In this document: positions 1-13,111 of the stretch, piece by piece
How the letters are laid out: each line of letters begins with the position of its first letter
How positions within the stretch are numbered: position 1 is the stretch's first letter
Assembly: GCF_004010195.1 (NCBI RefSeq)
Contig: NC_057753.1
Location: 6,313,277-6,377,276, forward strand
DNA: 64,000 nucleotides
Origin: Chiloscyllium plagiosum
Lineage: Eukaryota
Direction: 5' to 3'
Notes under the pieces: model-generated
What the model was told of the DNA's origin: nothing
Database searches by the model: none
What the model saw: only the letters and a program-made list of their open reading frames with translations
Program-made: the position numbers and the translations under genes

Positions 1-240
1 CCAGGGGACTTATCTATTTTCACCCTTTCCAGAATTTCCAACACCTCTTTCCTACATACCTCAAAGCCGTCCATTCTAATTAATTGTGACTCAATATTCA
101 CATCGGCAACAATGTCCTGTTCCTGAGTGAATACTGACAAAAAGTATTCATTCAGTGTCTCCCCAATCTCTTCAGCCTCCACACGCAACTACCCACTACT
201 ATCCTTGACTGGACCTATTCCTACCCTAGTCATTCTTTTA
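1..240 (-). mobile_element. CR1/HER1-type LINE ORF2 fragment, truncated by the window edge
   Basis: Positions 68-240 are nearly identical to the CR1 copy at 16912-17085, which encodes the 'LNEYFSSVFTQE' linker. Confidence 0.85.
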
Positions 241-1099
241 CAACTTTTTTTACAATCGCAGAATTGATTCTGGCTGTATCTACTGTTTCCATCATTGTTT
301 GTTTGTTTTTTTTCTAGATTTATTCAATTATTCATTGGTCTATTAATCTACATATTACAACTACTGATAATTTCTGAAATGGTTATTGCATTAACCATAC
401 ATGTTACCTACTAGCTCGCACACGGAACAAACCACATTTTAACTCACCAATCATTCCCAAAATGCAAATAGGCTTCAATACATCCCCAGATTTCATGGCT
501 CCAGGGCACAAAAATACAAATTGCATAGAATGGCATTGAGCAGAGAACAACGTTCATTCAATCTAGACCACAAAGATGTAACCCATCGACCAGGCTCAAT
601 GAGATAGCATTGCACACAACTTCAGTCGTTCTCTATGTCTCCTTCACACAAAAACACCGCAAGCTATTTCGCTTATTTCTGCCCCATTTTTGGCGCTCTT
701 CCTAACCTGAGCCACAAAGATGATTAACACTTTGTTCCCGTTTTCTCTCTTTGAAACAAACACCAAGCATTCTCTTCAATGCAGTTCCCTCACTATTCCA
801 ACAGTCGTCTATCATAATTTTAATGAAGGTTTATTTTTCCCAAATACAGTCTGTAGAATACAGTCGTTTGGATCACTTTTTCCACTTCTTTCCTGCCATT
901 GTCGCAGGCTCGATTCTGGCTGTATCGACTGTTTACACCATTGTTTGTTTGTTTGTTTTTTTCTCGAGTTTATTCAATCATTCATTGGTCTATTAATCTA
1001 CATGTTACCATCCCAAAAACATAACCCTTCTCAAAAGAAGGTAAATTCGGACACTGATTCTGACATGCATTTCTCCGATCGAAGAGGCAAATATCATCA

Positions 1100-1376
1100 T
1101 GAGAAAACTCTGAGATTATATTAGTAAGGAGTCATTCATTGAAACTTCCAACTCTGTTCAGACACCAATAGCATCTTATTCGTTTGAAACCCCAAATCAA
1201 GGAATTCTAATCTGTGAAAGGTGACTGCACCAATTCAGGTTGTTCCAAAAACGTCCCACTTCGCCAAAAATGTTTACTCAAATGCTCTTAACTAATCATC
1301 TATCTACCTCTCATTCCATCACTCACGTAAAAGAAACCGAGACAAAATCTCTTCTTAAATTTACAGCATCGTCACA
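1100..1376 (-). mobile_element. Possible decayed solo-LTR fragment
   Basis: The minus strand starts TGTGACGAT...TTTTGTCTCGGTTTTCTTTT, resembling the TGTGATGAT...TTTAGTCCTTTCTTTT start at 40228. The other end is not defined. Confidence 0.3.
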
Positions 1377-1857
1377 ACATGTCCAGGAGAAATAAGAAGT
1401 AGCCAAAACATCCTTGGGGACATCGAAGCTTTGTTGAAATGGGAAGGCAAACAGTCAGTGATCTTAAAGCTAGAATTTGAGATAGAACAGTCAAACGACA
1501 AGTGTGCTGGGAAACAGTGGAGTTGTCTTGAAGCTCAACATTGGCTGTGACTGCAGACTGGTCCAAAAGAGTGAGAAGTCGTAGCCTATCTTAGCGTCAG
1601 CCATGTTCAGGGACGCCTTTGCTTTTAACAACAGCGTTTCAACACTGTGACGGGGCGGAAACCTGCTTTCAGTGTTACAAATATCGACCTCAAATAACGG
1701 ATAGTAATTTGAGGCATGATGAAATGTTCATAGAAGTTCGCAAATAAACAGGTTTTGCAGAAGGGAGAATAATCTGCTCAGGCGATGTCATCAAGGTTTA
1801 TTGAAAGGATGATGACGCTAGAATTGAAAAACAAGTAGGGAAACACCGAAGTAAAAG

Positions 1858-2135
1858 CTTCGTGGTTAACATTGTTTCCTCACACTACCACAGTCTTGAA
1901 TTCTAGTGCAGCTCTGAGCAACCGCCTGTGTGGATGTTGCATAGTCTCCTGGTTTATGCTTGTTTTTCTCCCGACTATTCCAATTTTGTACCATAGGTCA
2001 AAGATGTGTAGATTTTTTGGATTAGCCGTTGTAAATGCATGGATAGAGTAAGGGGCTGATCCTGAGTAGGTTTTTCTTCAAAGGATTGAAGTGAAGGTCG
2101 TGGACCAGGAGCCAGCTTCCACACTATAGTGGTTT
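1858..2135 (+). mobile_element. HE1-type tRNA-derived SINE, degenerate
   Basis: GTGGTTAACATTGTTTCCTCACA A-box head, tgtgtggatgttgca core, caaagatgtg, and a CR1-like tail ttccacactatag. Confidence 0.75.
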
Positions 2136-2499
2136 TACGACTTCATCCAATAGCATCATTTTATTTAACTCTGCGAATTTTCTTTTCTCTCCTTATTTCT
2201 CTGAGGATGTGAATGTTCCCAAAAGATTCAGCATTACAAATAGATTGCCAGGTTCCACGTTCAGAACAGAAAACCAATAAATCACTGGGTCAATACTCAG
2301 AAGTAAAATAATTAAAAATGCCACAAGAGAGCCAGGACGCATATTAAAATTTCCCATCAGTCCAGTACCTGCAAATTGGATTCTGAATTTTGTATGTACG
2401 CCCAGAGAGCTATCCAGTTTTGAGAAACATTGCTTCTCCCCTCACTCCACTTGTTTCAAATATAAAAGATATAAACAGACCAATCAACTATCAATGCGC

Positions 2500-2840
2500 T
2501 TACAGAATCGCTACGGTGTGAAAGTAGGCCATTCAGACCATCGGATCCACGCCAGCCCTTCAGATAATATCTAACTACACATCACTCCACTATCACCGTC
2601 CCATAACCATGGATAAACAAAGGTAATCCACCTGTGCTGCATATCCCTGGATGCTATTGGCAACTTAGCATGGGAAACCCACGAACCCTGCACATCTTTG
2701 GATGTTGGAGGAAACTCGAGAAGCCATGTTGACGCGGGAAGAATGTGAAAACTCCGCACAGACCATCAGCTGAGGCGAGAATTCATTCAGGCTCCTGCTC
2801 TGTCGGCCGGCTGTATTAATCATTGAGCTGCAGCACAGCC
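2500..2840 (-). mobile_element. HE1-type SINE, degenerate
   Basis: Reverse complement of the HE1 core (cctgcacatctttgga..ggaggaaac..aaactccgcacagac). Confidence 0.75.
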
Positions 2841-3059
2841 ACAAATTGTCCCCAATATTCTGAATGAAAATAAATGAGTGTGCCTGAGGAGGGACATGTT
2901 CACGTTCAATCTGTACATCATTCCAGTAACAGCAGATTGGACGTCCAGAGAGCTATTCAGCTTCGGGAATCATTACTTCTTCGCCATCGCTCTCCGTTTC
3001 AGAGATGCTTTACGACATGAGATGGTTTAGCATAAGTAGATCAATCGACCCATCATTTA

Positions 3060-3415
3060 GATCATATAATTCCTTTAGTGTCGAAACAGACCATTCAAAC
3101 CATCGAGAACACACCAACCTTCCATGGAAAATTCACCTAGAAACACACCTAAATAATCGCTGAAACGGCATATATGGTTAAACAAGACCGCCCCAGCTTG
3201 CCCACATAACCGTGGACGTTATTGGGAATCCAGCATGACCAATAAATCAAGCCTGCACATCTTTGAATGTGGGCAGAAACTGGAGCAGCCATTGGAAACC
3301 GATGCTTATTCCAAGAGAAAATGCAAACGCCCAACGACAATGGCCCAGTCCAGTATTGAATCTTGGTCAGTGGCGCAATGTGGCAGCATTACTAAACATT
3401 CAGCCACAGCGCCAC
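3060..3415 (-). mobile_element. HE1-type SINE, degenerate; paralogue of 2500-2840 within a tandem duplication
   Basis: cctgcacatctttgaatgtgggcagaaactggagca core; flanks are shared with the previous copy. Confidence 0.7.
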
Positions 3416-3601
3416 CACAAATTGCCCCCAGTATCGTGATTGCAAATAAATCAGAGTCTGTCAGGACGCTCCTGGTTCAAATCCAATCTCTAAATCATTT
3501 TATTTGCAACAAATTGAGCATGCAGTTCGCATGAGCGTACAGAGATCTTTTCAGCTTTGGGAAAATGGCATATTCTGCTGGGTATATTCGGAACAGCATA
3601 A

Positions 3602-3813
3602 TTTGCACGTTCTCCCCGTGTCTGCGTGGGTTTCCTCCGGGTGCTCCGGTTTCCTCCCACAGTCCAAAGATGTGCCGGTTAGGTGAATTGGCCATGCGAA
3701 ATTGCCCGTAGTGTTAGGTAAGAGGTAAATGTAGGGGCATGGGTGGGTTGCGCTTCGGCGGGACGGTGTGGACTTGTTGGGCCGAAGGGCCTGTTTCCAC
3801 ACTGTAATCTAAT
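3602..3813 (+). mobile_element. HE1-type SINE, 5'-truncated, little diverged
   Basis: tttgcacgttctccccgtgtctgcgtgggtttcctccgggtgctccggtttcctcccacagtccaaagatgtg core; 3' end gggccgaagggcctgtttccacactgtaatctaatc. Confidence 0.92.
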
Positions 3814-3829
3814 CGAAAAAAAAATCACA

Positions 3830-6800
3830 GTGTTGGTGGGCTAGGAGAAAGCCAGATGTCGGAAAATCGGACAAGTATGGGAGTTTTGTTGGCGAGTAAC
3901 AAAAAAAAATCATAAAAGGGAAGTTAGACACAAACGTCTGTCTGCACAAGATGATTAGAGGTTGATTAAGGAGGATGTGTTAGATCTGCTTAAAAATATA
4001 CATGGAAGGGTAAAGTTTACTCACATAGGCCAGGAGTAGCAGGTAAAGAGGTTACAATATTAAGGGACACAGGAACCTCTCAGTCTGTGATGCGAAAGAA
4101 TGAGGAAATGTGTATCCCACGGGGTTATTGACAGAAAATGTACAGGTAACAGGGATTTATGGTAAGATAAAGACTGCTCAATTATGTAAAGTGAGGCGAG
4201 AGAGTCCCCCGACGAGTGGAGAAATTGAGGCAGGAGTAATGGTCAAACTCGGAGCTCCAGGAATAAAACTTATCCTTGCAAATGACACAACTCATTCACT
4301 AGTAGGCGTGCCGCCTACTCTAATTGAAAAGCCCGTGGAGACACAGGCAACTGAAGAAATGAAGGGTGTTTATCCAGGAATTTTCCCAGATTGTGCGATC
4401 ACAAAACCACAGTGGCAAAAGTTGAAGCAATAGAGATCCATAGGCACAGATAAGGAAGCTGGCATAGCTTTATCAGGGACATTTCTTTTTTGATCAGATA
4501 AGTGGGACAAAGCAGGAGCAACTCGGTAAACATGTAAGTATCTTTAGCTCTGCTAAACGTATTGAATTACAGCAGAAAGGTGAGAAGTTAAAACAGTTGC
4601 ATCAAAAGGCACACGCAGAGTAGGAGAATGAATGCATCCCTCTGCGTTATTAATTAACAAATTACAGTATAATGAGGAAATGGACACCATCACACATTCA
4701 AGCAGATGAAAAATGGGTAGACGTTCATCAGACTGCTTTGTCAGGAGGGCAAAGAAAGGCGATGCTGCGAGTGATGCGTGAGCTCACACTTGGAGGTCAA
4801 TCAAGGGTAAGGAAACATATGCTGAAATACAAATATATTTTTACTGGCTTGGAAAACACAAGGATGTGGTTGAAATTTGCTAAAAATGTCATCCATGACA
4901 GCAAATTGAACAAACATAGGCAGTAATGTAAGTTGCGCCTTTAATACCTATTTCAGCATTTCAGGAACCTTTCACAAGAGTCTTAATTGAACACGTAGGT
5001 CGCCTAACTCAAGTACAAAGTAGGAATCAGTATTTATTCACAATAATGGATTTTGAACTCAATTGAATTGAATTGAATTTATTGTCACATGTACCGAGGC
5101 ACAGTGGAAACGTTGTCTTGCGAACAATACAGGCAGATCAAAGAGCTAAGTACCATAGACAAGTTAATATTAGTTAAATAGCGGCAAAACACAGCACAGG
5201 TACAAGTGAATGTTAAGATTTTACGAGTCCTTTCAATATTGTAACAACAGTAGGGTAGAAACCGTTATGAAACCGGCTGATGCATTTGTTCAGGCTGCTG
5301 TACCTTATTCCCGATTGTTGGGGTTGTGTAAAAGAATTGCCAGGGTGGGATGGATATTTGAGAATACTGGTGGGCTTTCCTTGCCAATGGGGCTTCGGGA
5401 TGGATTTTGGAGATGGGAGGTTGGCCTTTGTGATTGCCCGGGTCAAGCTGAGCACGCTCTGTAACCGTCTCTGATCTTGAACGATACAGTTGACGTACCA
5501 GATAGTGATACATGCAGACAGAATGTTCTCTATGGCGCAAAGTTGGCAAGGGTATTCAGCGTCATTCTAAATTTCCTCAGCTACCTGATGAAGAAGATAC
5601 GTTGTTGGGCCTTTGCAACCACTGCGTCCAATAAAGAGTCCAAGAAAGCTTGTTGTGGATGACCACTGCCAGGAGTTTGATACTTTAACATGCTGCCAAA
5701 AGTCCTCGGTCTTGCCAGCATTGTGAGCTGTGTTGATCTCAGTACACGATTTGAGACTCAAATTCTGTCCCTTTTAATTACCTTTTGGACATGAAGTAAG
5801 AGGACAGTTAAAATTGATTAAGGTGAAATTAATAAGTCAGAATTCAGTGACTACCTATTTGGCCTACGTGTCGAAATTTAGAGAACGAGTAAATAGAGTT
5901 GTATAAACATCTAAAATTATCACAGCATGCAATGAAACATGAAGCTAATAAGAAATCCTAATTCGCAATTTTGCAATTTGGGAAAAGTTATTGGTATTAT
6001 TTCCAGTAACAGCTGGTCCTTAACAAATCGAGAGGAATTTGAGTGAAGTGAGCTCCTTGATAAGGACTCCAGACAGGAACGAGTGTGTCATGTGAATATG
6101 CTCCAAAGGTATATTAACAGGGAAGGAAGCCGAGAGGAAAAGGAAATGATTGCAACACAGGAAGACCAACCAAGTTCGTAGGACTCTGAATTGGACATTC
6201 TTCAAATCAGATTGAAAAATGTGGAGGTTGTCAAACATTGGGATGAATGATTAAGTTACTTTCCGCAAGAAAATCGAAATGACCTCAAATATTTATTACG
6301 AACACATGGGGAGATGTGCAGAAATAAACTGAGAAGTACATACCTTAATGTGCATGACTTAGAGATAGGAGACGCTGTTCCGAGTAAGCAACATCCTTAT
6401 AGGCATAACTCTGTGAAGTTGGCACAGGTCCAGTAGTAGATAGAGCGCATGCTCCAAGATGGCATAATCGAAGTGAGTTGCAGTGACTGAAACTCACCCA
6501 TAGACATGCTGCCAATGCCGGAATGTAACCAATGGTTCTGTGTGGATGACACAAAGTCAATGCTGTTACAAAGACGGATGAGTATCCAATTCCACGGTTA
6601 GAGGGCTGTGTTGAAAAAGCGGGACAAGAAATTCACAGTTCTTAGTTGAACTTGCTGAGAGGCTACCATCCAGTACCTCTGTCAGAGAGACCAAAGACAA
6701 TTTAGGCTCTCGTAACGCCAAATAGACTATATCAGTTCACAGAAATGCCATTTGGTATGAAAAACAGCTCCAGCCACTTTTCAGACTGACTAATAAGGTC

Positions 6801-7035
6801 ATTGCTGGGGTATACAATTGTGTTGTTAACCTGGATGGCCTGGTGACTTTTAGGCAGTCATGGAAGGAACATTTACAACATTTATCGGACTTTTTCGATC
6901 GACTTTTGAAGGCAGGCTTGGTGGTAAGCCTTGCTAAAAGTGAATTTGCCAAAATCCAAGTCTTCTTCCTGGGCCATGTTGTTGGACATGGATAAATGCA
7001 TCCTGGGGATGTGAAAACGAAAGCAAGGAGCAAAT
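3830..7035 (+). mobile_element. Decayed Ty3/Gypsy LTR retrotransposon pol, Gmr1-like domain order (protease-integrase-RT)
   Basis: Protease LRDTG at 4060-4074. Integrase N-terminal zinc-finger-like region at 4672-4926. 'APLIPISAFQEPFTRVLIEHVG..NQYLFTIMD' at about 4935-5050 and 'FGHEVRGQLKLIK' at about 5785. RT motifs 'VNAVTKTDEYPIPRLE' (about 6556), 'LLRGY..VPL', 'MPFGMKN' (about 6745) and a YLDD-derived NLDG (about 6828). Many stops and frameshifts. Confidence 0.85.
5052..5760 (-). mobile_element. Rex1/Babar-like LINE 3' fragment inserted in the Gypsy integrase
   Basis: Minus-strand translation 'KAQQRIFFIR..AIENILSACITIWY..RLQSVLSLTRAITKANLPS..YPSHPG' (frames merged) and a (TTCAA)n tail after gacaataaa. 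Confidence 0.75.
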
Positions 7036-7074
7036 GTTGATCCTCTTTGAAGAAGCATAATAGGTATAATTCAA

Positions 7075-7600
7075 CAAACTAAAGAACATTGAGTCTCACA
7101 TTGGTCATTGGGAAGGCATTCCAGAGAATTCTTAGAGATGGGATTTGCCCTCATTTGGAAAAGCAGGACCTAATTAGGATGGGTCAGCTTTTCTTTGCAC
7201 TCGGCACGTCATGATGTTCTAACTTTGTTGAACTTCTCGCAGAGGTGACAAGGTAATGGATAAGCTTAGAACATTAGGTATTGTCCACATGGAGTTTACG
7301 GCCTTCTACGAGGTTCTTCACTGAATGCTCATCCAAACACGGAAATGCACGGTGTGTTCGCCACATGGATTCAGAATTGGCTTGCCCACAGAAGTCACAG
7401 GGTAGTTGTGGAAGGGTCTGTTCTGTTTTCTAGCCAGAGATGCATGACCCGTGGTGTTACATTGGAATCCGTACTAAGACCTCTGCCTTTTGTGATATTT
7501 ATCAATGAAAACGTAGAAGGGTGCGTTAGTAAGTCTGCTGATTTTAGAAAGACTGGTACAGTTGTGGCTAGCATAGATTATTCTCATAATGAATATAATC
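7075..7600 (+). mobile_element. CR1 LINE RT fragment, continues at 8566
   Basis: ORF 7345-7608 'TWIQNWLAHRSHRVVVEG..GVTLESVLRPLPFVIFIN' is a typical CR1 RT segment. Confidence 0.85.
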
Positions 7601-7602
7601 TA

Positions 7603-8565
7603 GGTTAGAGTGGTGCTGGAAAAGCACAGCCGATCAGACAGCATCCGAGGAGCAGGAGAATCGACGTTTCTGGCAAAAGCACTTCACCAGCACTGAAGGC
7701 AGGGAGCCTCCAGAGTGGAGAAAGAAATGGGAGGGAGGTAGGGCTGGGGAGAATGTACCAAAGAGTGCAGTAGGTGGATGGGAGTGGGGATGAAGGTGAT
7801 AGGTCAGAATGGAGGGTGAAGCGGTTAGGTGGGAATGACGATTGGCAGGTAGGACCGGTCATGAGGATAGTGCTGAGCTGGAAGTTTGGAACTGAAATAA
7901 GGTGGGGGGAGGGGAAATGAGGAAACTGGTGAAGTCCACATTGATGTCCTTACTCCATGCGTCGGGTGGTGAGGGACTGGCGGTTGAGGAGTCCCAGGAC
8001 CTGCATGTTCTTGGCAGAGTGGAAGGGGAGTTGAAATGTTGGGTCACGGTGCGGTGGGGTTGATTGGTGCAGGTGTCACTAAGATATCTCTTAAAGCGCT
8101 CTGTGAGAACGCATCCAGTCTCCAAAATATAGAGTAGACCACATCGGGAGCAACGGATGCAATAAATGAAATTGATGGGTGTGAAGGTGAAAATTTGATG
8201 GATGTAGAATTGTCCTTTGGGGCTTTGGATGGAGGTGAAGGGGGAGGTGTGGTCGCAGGTTTTGCAATTCCAGCTGTGGCAGGGGAAGGTATCAGGAGGG
8301 GAGTGTGAGTTGTTGCGGGGCGTGGACCTGACCAGGTAGTTATGGAGGGAACGGTATTTGCGGAAAGCAGAAAGGGGTGGGGAGGGAAATATATCCCTGG
8401 TAGTCGGGTCCATTTGGAGGTGACGGAAATGTCGCGGTTTATGCGAAGGTTTGTCGGTTGGAAGGTGAGAACTAGGGCGTTCCTGTCCTTGTTGGAGGGG
8501 TGAGGTTTGAGGGCGGAGGTGCGGGATTTGAATGAGGTGCTTTGGAGGGCATCTTCAACCACGTG
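7603..8565 (-). mobile_element. Penelope-like element 3' part (GIY-YIG endonuclease and pLTR)
   Basis: ORF 7859-8413 'TFPCHSWNCKTC..FIYCIRCSRCGLLYILETG..ERF..QHFNS'. The pLTR carries a degenerate hammerhead motif at 7659-7693. Confidence 0.88.
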
Positions 8566-9040
8566 GGAACATATATAGATCGGTTACAAGTATGGTCAGA
8601 TAAATGGCAGACGATGTTTCATCCAGGTCAGTGTGAGGTGCTTCACTTTGTGGAAATCACTGCTAAGGAAAAGTATTACATAAGGCAGGGCCTGAAAGGC
8701 ATTAATGTGCAGAAGGACCAAGGGGTTCAAGTCCATAGCTCTCTGAAAGTAGTTACGGTGATAAAAACAATGAATGACGTGGTTGATTTCTTTGTTTGGG
8801 GAATTTATTACAACGGCGATGATGTCACATTGCAGCGTTATCAGCCTTTGGTTATGTCATACTAAGAGCGTTATGGTCATTGATGGACGCCACACTACGG
8901 AAATGATGTGAAGGCTTCTAAAAGGTTGCAGAAGAGGCTAACCGGAATGTTGCCTGGATGAGAGATTATGAGCTAATAAAAAAAAGTTACTAAATCCCTG
9001 GTTGTTTTCTCTCTACTGCCAGAGGCTGAAGGAATCTTAA
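8566..9040 (+). mobile_element. CR1 LINE RT C-terminal fragment, continuation of 7075-7600
   Basis: 'IDRLQVWSDKWQTMFHPGQCEVLHF..QKDQGVQVHSSLK'. Confidence 0.85.
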
Positions 9041-9041
9041 A

Positions 9042-12000
9042 ACATAGAACATTACAGACCCCTCTGTACTCGATGTTTCAACGACCTGTAAAATCAGTCT
9101 GAGGCTCATCTAACCTGCACTATTCCATTCAGTCCATATGTCTATCCCAAAGCTGGCGAGTCTACTACTGTTGCAGGCAGTGCTTTCCACGCCTCTACTA
9201 CTCTCAGTGTAAAGAAACTACCTTTCACTTATGTCCTATATCTATCAAAACTCCATTTAAAATTGTGTTCCCTCATGTTAACCATAAACATTTGAGGAAT
9301 ATAGGCTCTTGCTGTCAACCCATTACAACCCTTTGATTATCCTTTATGTCTCAGGTAAATCACCCCCCAAAACCTTCTTCTCCCGAACGTAAACAGGCTC
9401 AAGTCCCTCAGTTTTTCCTTGTAAGGCCTTCCCTCCATACCAGGTAACATCCTAGCAAATCTCCCCTGAACCCTTTCTAAAGCTTACACATCCTTCATTT
9501 AATGTGGTGACCAGAACTGTAACACAATACACCAAGTGCAGCCACACCAGCGTTTTGTTGAGTGGCAGCATTACCTCATGGTTCCGAAACTCAATACCAA
9601 CAAAAGGTAATGCACTGTATGCCTTCTTAAAAACCCTATACACCTGGGCACGACTTTCAAGGTTCAACGGACCTGGACATCGAGATCCCTCTGCTCGTCT
9701 ACATGGCAAGAATCTTCCCATCAGCCCAATAACCTGCATTCATGTTACTCCTCCCAAAGTTAATCACCTCACTCTTTTCTACATTTGCCATTTCTCAACC
9801 AGGCTCCGCAGCTTATCTGTGTCCCTTTGTAACCTGTAACATCAGTCGTCACTACGCACAACTCCACTGACCTTAGTGTTACCCGCAAATTTACTAAACA
9901 ATCCTTCTTTGCCCTCCTCCAGGTCATTTATAAAAATTACAAACAGCAGTTGACCTAAAACTGATCTTTGCATTACACCAATATGAACTGAACTCCAGGA
10001 TGAATATTTCTCATCAACCACCATCCTCTTCCTTTTTTCAGCTCAGCAATTTCTCATTCAAACCACTAAATCACCCGCAATCCCATGCATTCCATATTTT
10101 GTGTAGTAGTGTACGTGGGGAATCTCATAAACACCACATCAACTGCTTTAACTTCAACCAGCGGTTATTCACCTTCTCAAAAACTCAATAAGGTTTGTGA
10201 GGCACAACATGTCCTTCACAAAACCGTACTGACTTTACCACAACTGAAGTAAGCTCACTGGTCTACAATTATTAATGTTGTCTCTCCCCCCCTTCTTGAA
10301 AAAAGGAACAATATTTGCTCTCGTTCAGTTTATGGCCCTATTCTCGTAGACAATGACGACATTAAGATCATAGGCAAAGGCTCTACAATCTCCTCCCAGG
10401 CTTCCCAGAGAATCCTAGAATTACTCCCATCCGGCCCAGCGGACGTCGCTATTTTTTACACTTTCCAGAATAGATTTCACCTCTTCCTTGCGAACCTCAA
10501 TCCCATCTCGTCGAGTAAACTGTATCTTAATATTCTCCGCGAAAATATTCCATTTTTCCTGTGTGAATACCGACGAAATGTATTCATTTAACGCTTTTCC
10601 CCATCTCCTTCGACTCCACACACAACTTTGCACTAAATGCCTGACCGCCCCTAATCTTACTGTAATCATACTTTTATCCCTGATATACCTATTGAAAGCC
10701 TTAGAATCTTCCTTGATCCTATCCGCCGGATTCTGATGTCCCCTCCTGGCTTTTCTTAGCTCTCTATTTCGGTCTTTCCTGGCTAACTCATAGCTCTCAA
10801 GCGCCCTACCCGAGCCATCACATCTCATCACAACAGCAATGTTCCTCTTGACAAAAGATTAAACTTCCCTAGTGAACCATGGCTCCCGCGCTCGATAACT
10901 TCCTCCCTGCCTGACAGTACACACTTATCAAGGATCTGCTGTAGCTGTTCCATGAATAAGTTCCACATTTCGATTTCTACCATCTCCTACAGTTCTCTTC
11001 CCCATCCCATGCACCCTACATCTTGTCTAATCGCATCGTAGTTGCCTTCCCCCAGCTATAATTCGTGTCCTGCAGTTTTTACCTGTCCATTTCCACGACT
11101 AAATTAAACAAAAGCGAATTGTTGTCACTATTACAAAAGTGCTCACCAACTTCCAATCTAATACATGGCTGGGTCGATGACCCAATAGCAAATCTAATGT
11201 GGCCTTTTCCCTTGTTGCCCTGACTATATACTGTGTCAGGCAAGGGTCCTGAACACATTGGACAAGAACTGAACCACTGAAACTACTTGATCTATAGCAT
11301 TCCACGTCAAAATTTGGAAAGTTGGAATTCTTCCAAACAACTACCCTGTCACTCTCGGTCCTATCATGAATTAGTTTTGCCATCCTTTCCTTTGCGTGTC
11401 TGGCCCTATTCGGAAGCCGATAGAAAATTCCCAACTCTCTTTTCCCATTTCCGACCTCAGCACATACTACCTCAGTAGACGAGTCCTCAAACGTCATTTT
11501 TGCAACTGTAATACTGTCCTTGACTAACAATGTCACTCCCCCCTCCCCCCTCCACCCCACTTTTTTTTTTTTTACAATTTTCTCTGTTCTTACTGAAATA
11601 TCGAAATTCTGGAACCTGCAATAACCATGCCTGTCCCTTCTCTACCATGTCTCTGAAACGACTACAACATTGATATCTGAATTACCAACCTGTGCTGCAA
11701 GGTCATCCACCTTCTTCCAGATGCTCCTGGTGGTGAAGTAGACATACTCCAAACCAATGTCTTGGTTGCTGGTGCCCACTTGCGACCGTGAAATCTTATT
11801 TCTGACCTCACTACTCTAAACCTCCTGTATACTAGATTTACGGTTGACATCCCATTGCTGAATTAGTTTAAACCCTCCCAAAGAGTATCAGAAAATTCCC
11901 GCCCCGCCCCCAGAATATGGGCACCCCTCTGGTTCAGGTAACGTTTGACTTGTTTGTAGAGGTCCCTCCTACCCAGAAAGAGCACCAAATATCCTCGAAT

Positions 12001-13110
12001 CCAGAACCCTCCCTCCTGCACCATCCCTGTAGCCACGTGTTCAACTCCACTCTTCCTCTATCCCTCACCTCGCTCGCACGTGGCACGGGCAAGAAAATGA
12101 CATCACAACTCTGTTTGACCTAGCTCTATGCTTCCACCCTAGCTCCCTGAATGTCAGCCTTAAATCCCCATCTCTCTTCCTACCTATGTCCTTGGTACAT
12201 ATGTAGACCAGAACTTGGGGCTGCTGCCGCTCCACCTCAATGAACCCGAAGACACGATCAGAGACATCACAAACCCTGGCACCTGGGACTCACCAATCGT
12301 GAGTCTTTTCTGTTCCCACAGAACCTGCTCTCTGCCCCACTAACTATAGAGTCGCCAATAACAAATGCTCTGCTCATGTTGCCACTTCGCTTCTGAGCAG
12401 GGACAGACTCTGTGCCAGAGACCTATGCCCCATTGCTTACCCCTGCCAAGTTGTCCCCCCGCAATAGTATCCAGAACTTAAACTTATTGTTGAGTGGAAA
12501 GGCCACAGGGGCTGTATACACTGCCTGTAGGCTCCCTTTCTGTACCCCAGTGGTAACCCATGTAAATTATACTTTTACCTGAGTTATGACGACCTCGCTG
12601 TTACTCCTCTCAATAACACCCTCTGCCTCCCGAATGGTCAGAAAGTCATCCAACTGCAGCTTCAGCTTCAGTTCCCTGACACAGTTTTCAAGGAACGTGA
12701 GTTTGGTGTACTTACCACAGATGCAGTCAGCTACTAGTGACTCTTGCGTCTCACATTCTGCAGGATGACCATTCAACTTCCCTAACCTCCATTCGCAATG
12801 TTCTTAATTCCCAAAGAGACGACAGAAAAACGAACAAAAAATAAAAATTGTGGTCCCTTACCAATACGGCATGCATAAACCTTTTTGTTTAGAGGAGGAG
12901 GAGGAGGACGGCCGGGAGACACTACCCGCTAGTATCCCGGGTAAAGCAACCGCACAAATATGAAGCCTCATTTACCCTCCAGTCCAGTGTTTGTTCGAGC
13001 TCAATGTTCACTCCAGAAATACACGAGGTAGGTTTTTATTTTTTAAATTTACCTTCTCGACGGATCTCTGATCCTTGCTGTCGCTCCTCCCACCTCATCT
13101 GCCAGAAAAG
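9042..13110 (-). mobile_element. Near-full-length decayed CR1/HER1-type LINE (5' UTR, ORF1, EN, RT, 3' tail) with internal deletions
   Basis: ORF1 N-terminus 'CICGKYTKLTFLENCVRELKL..' (12567-12776); endonuclease 'GGVTLLVKD..GIFYRLPN..NFPNFD..TREKATLDLLL' (11099-11560); RT 'GVMQRSVLGQLLFVIFINDL..SKFAGNTK' (9842-10024); catagaacat tail. Confidence 0.9.
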
Positions 13111-13111
13111 A

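Noticed and set aside
720..1124. 134-aa hydrophobic ORF
   Set aside because: It overlaps a T-rich dispersed repeat and has no recognisable domain or splice context.
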